From a virus: DNA of 64,000 nucleotides. Shown here in pieces: positions 49,807 through 58,447 of this stretch. The translations under genes and the position numbers were made by a program. The notes below the pieces were generated by a model. It did not search any database. It had not been told where the DNA came from and was given only the letters and a program-made list of their open reading frames with translations. Where the stretch lies: IMG/VR virus record IMGVR_UViG_3300021591_000018, positions 1 to 64,000 of that record; one strand, given 5' to 3'. Positions within the stretch are counted from its first letter, which is position 1, and each line of letters starts with the position of its first letter.

Positions 49807-52800
49807 GGAGCTTCACCCGAAAATCGCTTCCACATACGGATTTCCTCTCGGGTGAAGTTAATCTCGTCCCGTAATCCTCCACAAGGGTGATTCTTGTACA
49901 TCTCGAGGAGCTTCTGGTAGTAGTCCCAGATCTGCTTACGAATCTCGTCGTACATCTTCATCACCTTGTGAAGCAAGAAGTGCTAGTAAAAGCGATATGT
50001 ATCTCGCAACCTCGAGCCATCCTTCCTTCCGAATGGTGTCAGCTATTATCGAAGTTAAGGTCTTCACCATCCCATCGATATTCTTCTCCTGTCGGAATGT
50101 TATGATTAGTAGATAGCCAAGTATACGTCGACGACTTTCGAAGTCGAAGTCCCGAAGCTTTTTGTAGATTTCCTTCGCCGCCTCGAATTCCTTCTGTATG
50201 GTTTCATCCAACTTCCCTCACCTCCTGGAGAATCCTTCCAACTAAAGTATCGACAACTCTCTTGGTTGCTTGATCGACTTTCTCGAATGTTGCCTCATCA
50301 ACTCCTAGGATACGCATGGTGAATTCCTTCTCTGTGTTACGGAACCCACCAGCTAATTCAAAGAAGAGGCAGATGCGTACAAGTCGCTCCATCTTACCTC
50401 ACCTCATAGAATCGGATTGCGATGTCGATCAGCGTGTCCAGTACACTGTCAACGATCTTCGTCAAATCCTCGGCGATCTCAACTGCCAGGTCAAACTCCT
50501 CATCATCTGCGTTAAACTCTTCCTTCAAATCGTTCTCTAGGTCGTACGGGTCAAGTCCCATAAGCTGAAGGACGACGCACTTCTTTATCAAATCGCTCAT
50601 CATCTAACTTTCACCTCCTAACAGTTCTAGGGGTGACGCCTTTACGACGCCACCCTGTCTAGACCACGGAGGCTAATTCCAAAAATAACTCACGGAGGTT
50701 TACTTCCTGAGCAACCTTATCTAAATTTAATGCACAGTACGGACAGTAACGGTAGTCTTCGAGAAGTATCTTGTTACACGACGGACAGTAACACATTAAT
50801 GAACGGACGAGACGGGTTCGGAATTCCTTAGCTTCAGAAGCTAAACGAAGGATAGATTCGTTAGTTGGACGCAATCCGAGTCTCGATAGCTTAATGACAT
50901 ACGATAGCAATAGCTCAGTTAGCGTCTTTGGTTTGTCCAAAATAAGGAAGACTTTTTCACTTGTTACGATACACCGTACATCGTCGAAAACTGGTTCGAG
51001 GTTGACACCAATAATTCGTGCTCGTTTAATTAGCGTCTCAGTGTCCTTAAGTTTGTCAACGGCTGTGATATTTAGTCGTTTTAGTTCACGTTCACCAACG
51101 AAGCACCGTGCATTGAAAACCCGTGGAGTTGCTTGAATTCCACGTTTCTCGAGCTCTCCTTGTATGTACCATTCGAGCTGCTTATCCGTCATGTAGTTTT
51201 CACGCATCCAGAGGTAACCCTGTACTGTTAGGTGGATCTCGTTCTGTTGTCGTATTGCGAAACCTCTGTCGATGAGTTTCTGAACGATCCGGTCAACATC
51301 GTATCGGTACGGTTTGATTTTGGCACGAAGGTGCTCGTAGAGAAACCGTAAACAGGTATACGTTTGCTGCGGAGGTCGTATGTAGTGATATTTTGTACTC
51401 CGTCCTTCTGGGAGGGAACGAAGCTTATTCACATCCAACACTCTGTCTCACCATCTTAAGATGATCGGTAAACGACAACCCACAGAATTCACAGTAGTTA
51501 CCGATGATGTAAGATTGATTACAGTTCCTACACTTCTGGCGACGTGAATAGTAGTAGATAATGCGATCGTCATCCATGTAAACTCGCAAGACTTCATCAA
51601 GGTTTGAGCTATTGTAGATCCAACAGTCCTCAGATTTGATGACGTACGATGAGCCTTCGACAACTAACTTCACCTTCAGTCGACCAAGTTGTTTCTCCTT
51701 CGGAATGCCGAGTAGACGTGACTTCTTGTTAAGGTAGTCGACTTTGTACTGCACAGTTGGGAAGACACCTGATAGAAGTTTGAAGTAGTTTAAGGCTATT
51801 TCTTTCTCGTTCATGTCGACGTAGTACTTCTTCGTCTTTCGATAGATACGGTACTTACCGGTTGGTAGACGTTCGATTTCCCATGGCCACTTTTCGAGAA
51901 ACTGTTTGACCCGACGTTTGATGATGCAGTCTTCCTGTGACTTCACTCGCTCGTATTCACGTACACCATCTGGAAGAATCCGTAGCTCCTTCTTTATGAT
52001 AGGATAATGATATCCACGTACAGACTTGATGTAAACCTGTTGATAGCGTGAGGTTATGAGCCCACCTTTCTCAAGTTGAATTATCTGGAGGTTGTGATTA
52101 CCCCAAGGATCACCTCTACCCTGATTCTTCAACCACTCGAGAACTTCCTTCATTGGAACCCATCGATAGGCATTTTCGTATAGATACTCGAGGACGAGGT
52201 AAGGCATTGAACCATAACGGACCGACTTCTGACAACGGAGCTTACCAGGCTGATTGTAGAAGCGACCTTTTGGAAGTTTTGCTAACTCCTCCATCAGTTG
52301 CTTGTTTTCGCTAAGCATAGACTTTCACCTGAACGACTCTCAAACCCTTGAGTATCTGAGGGATGATAATTTCCTGGTTGTTCTCAATGAGCTCTATGAC
52401 TCTCTTACGGCAGAACTCCTGGTCAGTTAGCATCTTTCGCTTGAATTCCTCCCAGTTCTCGGTATCACTCTCAGTCCAATGAACGTAGAGGTTTACATTT
52501 ACCTTCGCTTCGAGTACTTCCTCAGGCATACGATAACACCTCAAATTTAATTTCTCTCTCATTTTATTTTGAGACAGCTCCTACGAGTCGCTTGCGGTTG
52601 TATTCGATCATCTCCTGAAGCGTATGATGGCAGTTCGCACACCGAATCTCACCCCAATCGAAGTACTTACGAGTACCACAGAATGGACACCCTGTTATGA
52701 AGGTGTAGAACCGTAAGATGGACTCATCGTCTAAGAAGTCGCGGATTACTTCCTTTGCTGTAGCATCTGGAAGGTAGATGACGGGTTCGAGTGGAGACTC

Positions 52801-53288
52801 TCTAGTCTTGTCATCGTCATCAAGTACGATCCAACAGTTGTTGTCGCTGGCTTCTAGTCGAATCTTTAGCTTTCCAATTTGCCGTTCGGGTTTGATGTTT
52901 AGGGTTTCGAGTAACATCCTCAATCGATTCAAGTCGGTCATATTCCTAACCTCCTCTTCCACTCCTCGACCATCTCTTGGAGTGTATGACCACAAACTCG
53001 ACAACGTTTAGTGTTCCAATCGTAACTCCATTCACAGAATGGACAGCCTTTCTTATAGGCATAGAACCTGAGAATGAAATCATCGTCGAGAAAGACACGG
53101 AGAATCTCCTCAGGATCCGTACGATAAGAGAACGTCAGAATGAAGGTTTGATCTCCATCACATACTGTTAAATATACGAAGATGTCTTTAGGTTGCCACT
53201 CCAGTTTAACTGTTAGCTTACCGAGTCGACGTGTTGGGCTGACGTTTAAGATGTTCGTTAAATGGATGAGCTTCTGAATGTCCGTCAC
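49803..53288 (-). other. Run of hypothetical ORFs (49936-50211, 50204-50392, 50394-50603, 50659-51441, 51425-52318, 52311-52562, 52564-53004, 52938-53288)
   Basis: The last two and the C-terminus of 51425-52318 share L.I.P.+.LG+L...L...DD..I..FY...C..C. Confidence 0.65.
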
Positions 53289-53734
53289 TCGTTTACCTCC
53301 TTTATCTTCCTAACCTGCGACTTATGCATCTTTACGGGTAGTAGGGATTTAGCCTCATCGAACTGGACGATGATGTTGTTTCCTTCAACAGCAATTACTG
53401 TGCCTCTCATACCTCGCATAAGTCCTGTGACGACCTCCACTCTGTCGTTGACGTTGTAAGTCACTTCAGGTGGTCTTACGAGTCGTTCAACTTCTTCGAC
53501 TGTGACCATTCCTGGGAGAATCCCTCGAATCCATCGACACCCATCCTTGTATGTTTCGGAGACTAACTGTCGAACGTACTCGTAGTACTGTGTCTCGATG
53601 TAAATGTAACCAGGCGTTCTGTCAGAGAATATCATCGAGGTTATTGGGATGTTTGTCCGTTCAGCTACATCTGCTAACCAGTGTGCTGTTGCCTCTTCCT
53701 GATCCCTTAACACACGGATTACGAAGAAAGGCAA
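53285..53734 (-). CDS. spt5: Transcription elongation factor Spt5/NusG homolog
   Basis: NGN domain (V+V..DQE...PGYIYIE...GILPG.V..EEV) plus KOW (DRVEVVTGLMRGMRGTV). Confidence 0.85.
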   Translation of the reverse strand: MPFFVIRVLRDQEEATAHWLADVAERTNIPITSMIFSDRTPGYIYIETQYYEYVRQLVSETYKDGCRWIRGILPGMVTVEEVERLVRPPEVTYNVNDRVEVVTGLMRGMRGTVIAVEGNNIIVQFDEAKSLLPVKMHKSQVRKIKEVNE

Positions 53735-54196
53735 TCTAACACCTCCAATTGTGAGTTATACATCTTAGTGTCACCTCATATTTAAATTTTTTCTCTCTCA
53801 AAAAATTTTTTGTGACGGTTCCAGGTTTTCGTTAACTGTTAGACCTGTGACTCATTTAACGGTAGACTAATGGATTGATAGACTGAAAGTTTGATGACTG
53901 AAGTTCTGACAAAATGATTAACTTACACTGTGGGTCGCTCGGCGACTGTCGGACGGTTTGCGTTGACTGTGCCTTCAAGCTTCACTGACAGCTGTTGATG
54001 AAGATGATCATCATCGTGAGGGCAGTAAGTGTGAAGGGTGGGCTCCAGTTTCAGCATTTCACTCAACTTTAGTCGTCCAGTCGAGCAGTTTGCTGAGTTG
54101 ACAGTTGAAATTTCATCGGGTTGTTGATTTAACTGTTACTGACGGTTGTTGATGATGATGATGAAGAATATGACAGGATTTTAGTCCACAATTGTT

Positions 54197-54229
54197 CGAC
54201 GATTAATCGTCGCAAAATTTTAAATATTG
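54197..54229 (+). promoter_or_regulatory. 16-bp perfect palindrome CGACGATTAATCGTCG followed by TATA TTTAAATATTG (copy 4)
   Basis: Direct reading; upstream of the lone + strand ORF 54304-54600. Confidence 0.6.
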
Positions 54230-54303
54230 GTTCACCGATATACTCCTTGGATGACGTTTGAACGGCTGTTAACTGTGCGTCTTGCATCTGGGAGGTCGAT
54301 GAC

Positions 54304-54600
54304 TTGGCGAGAGGCCGACCTGGTGCCCCGTTGAGACGAGCAAGGGTGGGGCGCATCTACCGAGTCGTACTGCGTCTTCCAGGACTGGAGGTTGTGCTGC
54401 GAGCCGCCCTCTGCCTCCACTGCAACCAGGTGACTGTGCCTCGCACCACTGTGCCTCGTTGTTGCCCGATCTGTAAGACATGGTGGGATACAGTTGACGA
54501 AGAGACCATTGTACTTGAGAAAGACGTTGCAACTGACAGATGGCATCTCGTCGAGTCAGACCTCAAGGCTGTTCGCGTTTACACCGGACTGCCGTTCTAG
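54304..54600 (+). CDS. Zn-finger protein, oppositely oriented
   Basis: GGAGG SD before TTG; CLHC...CPICKT.W. Confidence 0.6.
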   Translation: MARGRPGAPLRRARVGRIYRVVLRLPGLEVVLRAALCLHCNQVTVPRTTVPRCCPICKTWWDTVDEETIVLEKDVATDRWHLVESDLKAVRVYTGLPF

Positions 54601-54828
54601 CCACCTCGAGGACGCCCTAACACATACAGTGACTGCTGCCGGAGGCGACTCGCACTAACTTACACGATGACGTATGAGTGGCCGGGTGGCGGCTCACTAC
54701 ATCCAATCGATGACTGACAGGTGCCGGGTGGTGGGCTCGTTCTCACGTTTACGGTTTACGTTTCGTTCGTTTCGACAACAGAGCGTGCGTTAAGTCACCT
54801 TGATCGAAAAAAGGGGGAAGTAAGTCGC

Positions 54829-55185
54829 TCACTCGGTGTTTGCTGGTCTGAAGACGTAGATGCGAGGTCCGAGTCCCTCGATTATGCCAACCTGGACGTC
54901 GGGATCCTTGTCTAGCCGCTCGATTAAGGCGTAGACCTGGGGGTTGTGGATAACGCCTTGCTTCGCGTCGTATTGTGACATGACCTGCTTGATCTGCCGG
55001 AATGTCAGTCCTATGTTTCTCTTGCCAGCCTCGACGAGGGCCTTCTTGATACCCTCGTAGTCAAACCTCCGTCGGGTCAGTCGACTGCGCTCCTTTAGTG
55101 ACTTTAGGGATGTCGGGTCAATCTTCACGCCCAGCTTGCTTAGGTCGATCTTTGCGTCCTTGTGTTCACTCATTATTCTCACCAT
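54829..55185 (-). CDS. Basic wHTH-like protein
   Basis: LTFRQIKQVM...NPQVYALIERL. Confidence 0.6.
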   Translation of the reverse strand: MVRIMSEHKDAKIDLSKLGVKIDPTSLKSLKERSRLTRRRFDYEGIKKALVEAGKRNIGLTFRQIKQVMSQYDAKQGVIHNPQVYALIERLDKDPDVQVGIIEGLGPRIYVFRPANTE

Positions 55186-55825
55186 TTTCCTCTCTTACTA
55201 AAACTTCTTTAATCGACTTTATGTGTCCCTCGTAGTAGAGTTTCTTCAGTAGCTTGACAGTTCCGTACGTTGTCAGTACTGTCGTTCCATCTTCGAGGTA
55301 CAGTCGTACTCTATACTTGATGTTTGGCCAGTTCCACCACTCTCCCTCGATGATCGGTTCGATGGCAGTCACTCCGAGTGATCTGAGTATCATTGCGTTG
55401 ATCGGCAATCCTGTCTTCGTTCTGTACCGTATCCAATGTGTGACCTTCTGCTTGAATCGTCTGACGTCCTTTCTGTAGCCTTCTTTGAGTTTCCGTTCCC
55501 TCCATCGTCTGAAGACGCTGTCCTGGTACTCACCCCATCGTTCACGTAGAATCTTACGTCGTTCCTCTGCCTTTCGTAGTGCTTCCTTGTGTCGTTCGAT
55601 ACGTCGCTTCATGATCTCCTCGACAGTCAATAATTCGAGTTTCTGTGCCTCTCTGTAGCTTGTCAGTACATAGCCTTTGATGTTGATTCCCTCGATTGTA
55701 TGACTTAGTGGCTTTGCCTGTTGGATGTCGTGTCCTGTCAACTGTATGCCGAATGTCGAGTGCTGGATACGTCGATAGCGTTTCTCTGTCTTTGGTTCTT
55801 CGAAGTCTATCTCTTCACTCATCAC
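55166..55825 (-). CDS. Basic hypothetical protein
   Basis: 219 aa ORF. Confidence 0.65.
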   Translation of the reverse strand: MMSEEIDFEEPKTEKRYRRIQHSTFGIQLTGHDIQQAKPLSHTIEGINIKGYVLTSYREAQKLELLTVEEIMKRRIERHKEALRKAEERRKILRERWGEYQDSVFRRWRERKLKEGYRKDVRRFKQKVTHWIRYRTKTGLPINAMILRSLGVTAIEPIIEGEWWNWPNIKYRVRLYLEDGTTVLTTYGTVKLLKKLYYEGHIKSIKEVLVREENGENNE

Positions 55826-55977
55826 TTTCCACCCTTCTTTAACTCTTTGACGATCTTCTCACAGACAGTACGTGCACATCGAATGTCCTCAGCTACCTGT
55901 TGTGCATAGTTCGTAAGAAACGCTAGTAAGAACTCCGTCTCCTCAGACGTTAACTTGATGGTAATTTCATCTTTCAT
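55822..55977 (-). CDS. Small hypothetical protein (51 aa)
   Basis: Not in track. MKDEITIKLTSEETEFLLAFL...KELKKGGK*. Confidence 0.55.
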   Translation of the reverse strand: MKDEITIKLTSEETEFLLAFLTNYAQQVAEDIRCARTVCEKIVKELKKGGK

Positions 55978-56003
55978 CTCACTATCCACCCTTAACTAAA
56001 AAT

Positions 56004-56282
56004 TTAAGGTGAGTTTGGCTGTGGTATTGGTCTCAGTCTACCGTTCATCAACGCATACGCGTACCTCGTTATGACTTTGATTCCAGTGACAGGGCACTCC
56101 ATGTACCAGATGTCGACGCCATCCTTCGTCTCAACTTTGACCTTCCATGCTAGATCGTTTGGTTGACATTTCCGACATCGCAGACATCGTATCCTCATGG
56201 CTGCCATGGTCCTATTCGTTACGACTGTCTGATTATTCGGACTTAAGTCGTTCCAATTCATCTTAATCACCATCATCTTCAC
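56004..56282 (-). CDS. Small Cys-rich early protein (normal-composition paralog)
   Basis: CLRCRKC...WKVKVE..DGVDIWYMEC. Confidence 0.7.
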   Translation of the reverse strand: MKMMVIKMNWNDLSPNNQTVVTNRTMAAMRIRCLRCRKCQPNDLAWKVKVETKDGVDIWYMECPVTGIKVITRYAYALMNGRLRPIPQPNSP

Positions 56283-56290
56283 TTAAAAAT

Positions 56291-56698
56291 TTAGGAGGTA
56301 ACGTATCCAAACTGTTCCACTGAGTTACTGTAAACAACGTATACATTAACCCATGTTAGCTTGTGATAATCGAATGCATCTGCAACCTTCTTTACTGCAT
56401 ATATTTCAGCTCTACTCTCTACAGCCATCTTTCGGCAATAGCCTGGTAGGTCGTCAACGCACTCGGTTTCAATTCTTTGAAAGGTAGCTACCGCAAATCC
56501 TGCGTCTTCAAGCACCTTTCGTTGAGCTTCGAAACACTGATAATGTCTGTCGAGCTCTTTTACTCTCGCTTCAAGGTCTTTCTTCGTTATTACAACTCTC
56601 AGATAGTGCGGGTTGATGCATCTCCAGATTAAGGACTTAATTTTGTCCAAAGCACGAATTAGTTCGTAATTGATTTCAAACTTCATCTTAATCACCAT
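56291..56698 (-). CDS. Hypothetical early protein
   Basis: 135 aa ORF following a cassette repeat. Confidence 0.65.
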   Translation of the reverse strand: MVIKMKFEINYELIRALDKIKSLIWRCINPHYLRVVITKKDLEARVKELDRHYQCFEAQRKVLEDAGFAVATFQRIETECVDDLPGYCRKMAVESRAEIYAVKKVADAFDYHKLTWVNVYVVYSNSVEQFGYVTS

Positions 56699-56728
56699 TA
56701 TCCACCCTTACTCAAAATAAAAAACAAA

Positions 56729-56998
56729 TCAAATCCAACCTCTTCCTCTATTCCTCATCAAACCTCTCAATCTTCCACTAATCAAATTATACACTCTCAC
56801 CTTCCTATCTTCACACTCCATACACCACACATCCACTCCTTCTACCACCTCTACTTTCATTCTCCATTTCAACACATTACTTCCCTTACATCTCCCACAA
56901 CTCAAACATATCCCTCTACATACTCTCAAAACATCTCTTCCTACAACTAAATCAAACCCATCCTCACTCTTCCTAACCTCATTACCAAACCAACTCAT
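56729..56998 (-). CDS. C-free early gene, Cys-rich paralog of 56004-56282
   Basis: CLSCGRC...WRMKVEVVEGVDVWCMEC; no A/P/T/Q/H residues. Confidence 0.75.
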   Translation of the reverse strand: MSWFGNEVRKSEDGFDLVVGRDVLRVCRGICLSCGRCKGSNVLKWRMKVEVVEGVDVWCMECEDRKVRVYNLISGRLRGLMRNRGRGWI

Positions 56999-57035
56999 AT
57001 AATCACCATTATCCTCCCTTCACTAAAAAATTTTT

Positions 57036-57311
57036 TCAAAACATACCTAACTCACACATTCTATAAAACCACTCCCAACTCCTAAACCAACTCCAACACC
57101 CATTTCTCAACCTTACTTTCAAAATCCTACCACTATACAAATCTACAATAACCTTCTCACAATATCCTTTCCAACCTACCACTCTTAATCCATCACATAC
57201 CTTCTTCCCAAACCTATTAAACTCACACTTCCTACAAATCTCCTCTAATCTCTCCAAACCTAATCTACTTTCAACCCTAACCTTCATCATCCAACTCTCC
57301 ATCTTTAACAC
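57036..57311 (-). CDS. C-free early gene
   Basis: 91 aa, CRKC...C...C; no A/P/T/Q/H. Confidence 0.65.
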   Translation of the reverse strand: MLKMESWMMKVRVESRLGLERLEEICRKCEFNRFGKKVCDGLRVVGWKGYCEKVIVDLYSGRILKVRLRNGCWSWFRSWEWFYRMCELGMF

Positions 57312-57535
57312 CTCACTCTTAACCCTTTAACCCAATTTATCAACTCACCTACCTCCTCACTATTCAAACCTTCAATCTCAACCATATTTCTACTCCAATC
57401 ATAACTAAACCCACACCTATACTTCCTCTCACCTTCCTCTACCCACAAACCAACCTCCTCTAACATTTCCCTCCTCAAATCCCAAATTCTCACAATATAC
57501 AATCCATTCAACCTCATAACATTAACAACTACCAC
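57305..57535 (-). CDS. C-free early gene
   Basis: 76 aa with GGTGAT SD; no A/P/T/Q/H. Confidence 0.65.
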   Translation of the reverse strand: MVVVNVMRLNGLYIVRIWDLRREMLEEVGLWVEEGERKYRCGFSYDWSRNMVEIEGLNSEEVGELINWVKGLRVRC

Positions 57536-57579
57536 CTTTAATCACCACTATTCACCCTTTCTTAAAAAAACAAACAAAC

Positions 57580-57771
57580 CTAAATAACCCTTACACCCCT
57601 ATACTCACACTCAATACCCCACAACTCACCACCTTTCTTACCTTTCCTAACCACCACCTTCCACATCCCACCTTTACAATCTTCATACCTACTACAATTC
57701 TTACAAATACCCCTTAAACAACCCAAAAAATTCTTTTCAACTCTTATAACCTTAACAAACCTATCATACAT
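57580..57771 (-). CDS. C-free early gene, Cys-rich paralog
   Basis: RGICKNC...C...WKVVV...LWGIEC...VRV. Confidence 0.7.
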   Translation of the reverse strand: MYDRFVKVIRVEKNFLGCLRGICKNCSRYEDCKGGMWKVVVRKGKKGGELWGIECEYRGVRVI

Positions 57772-57985
57772 CTATATCACCATTCTCTTCCCTTTACAAA
57801 AATCACCTTTACAATATCTATCAATTCTTTCTTTCGGTCTCTTCCCCACGTGTCCCCGTGAAATTGGTTAGACGAACTGAAAACGGAAACTCAAACCGCA
57901 CGTACGACCTAAGAACCCGACAGTTAGCGGACATTGACAGTCGGTCAACACACATAAATATCAGTAAACAGTCAATATCTACAGC

Positions 57986-58447
57986 TTGGACTGTAAAGTC
58001 TGTCAGTTGCCGGATGCCCCGGAGATCGTAAGACGTATCAAAGCCAACGAAATCTCAATAGCCGAAGGAGCGAAGCTACTCGGTGTTAGTTACCGAGAAC
58101 TCTGGTTGCACCTTAAGAATTGTGTGGTCGACAAGCCACGCGAAACTTCAGTTGATACACTCCAACTACTCGAGGAATTGCTGCGCATCCTACGACAGAA
58201 GCTGCTTGAGCTCGACAGAATGGAAGTCTCAACAGCCAACATTTCCGCTCTTGCTAAAGTCGCCGACAGTCTACGGAAGACTTGCATGGACATCGAGCGT
58301 CTAACAGGTAAATTAAGAGCGGCACCGCTTATACAGCTGCAGAAGATCACCATCCACTACGAGAACCTTCTACAGATCATCTCAACGGAACTTTGTCCTG
58401 AATGTCGGCGTAAAGTCCTGAAGAAGCTCGAGGCGATGACAGTATGA
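57986..58447 (+). CDS. Putative terminase small subunit
   Basis: CKVC...HTH...HLKNC and coiled coil; ATGA-coupled to TerL. Confidence 0.65.
   Translation: MDCKVCQLPDAPEIVRRIKANEISIAEGAKLLGVSYRELWLHLKNCVVDKPRETSVDTLQLLEELLRILRQKLLELDRMEVSTANISALAKVADSLRKTCMDIERLTGKLRAAPLIQLQKITIHYENLLQIISTELCPECRRKVLKKLEAMTV

Larger units (their letters stand above)
55975..57803 (-). repeat. Conserved intergenic cassette T-tract...AAGGGTGGATA(A/G)TGGTGAT...ATG repeated about six times
   Basis: Degenerate copies near 55975, 56259, 56686, 56999, 57536 and 57772. Confidence 0.7.
56673..57835 (+). other. 1163-nt tract with no G on the + strand
   Basis: Read line by line: last G at 56672, next G at 57836. Confidence 0.97.

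Noticed and set aside
54299-54357. Possible second mini-intron (ATG 54299, GTGCCCC/GGGGCGC stem)
   Set aside because: Central helix is mismatched and excision leaves an in-frame stop; the TTG start at 54304 has proper SD spacing.
55975-57803. CRISPR-like array
   Set aside because: Repeats are degenerate and separated by whole genes. No CRISPR array or tRNA gene was recognised anywhere in the window.
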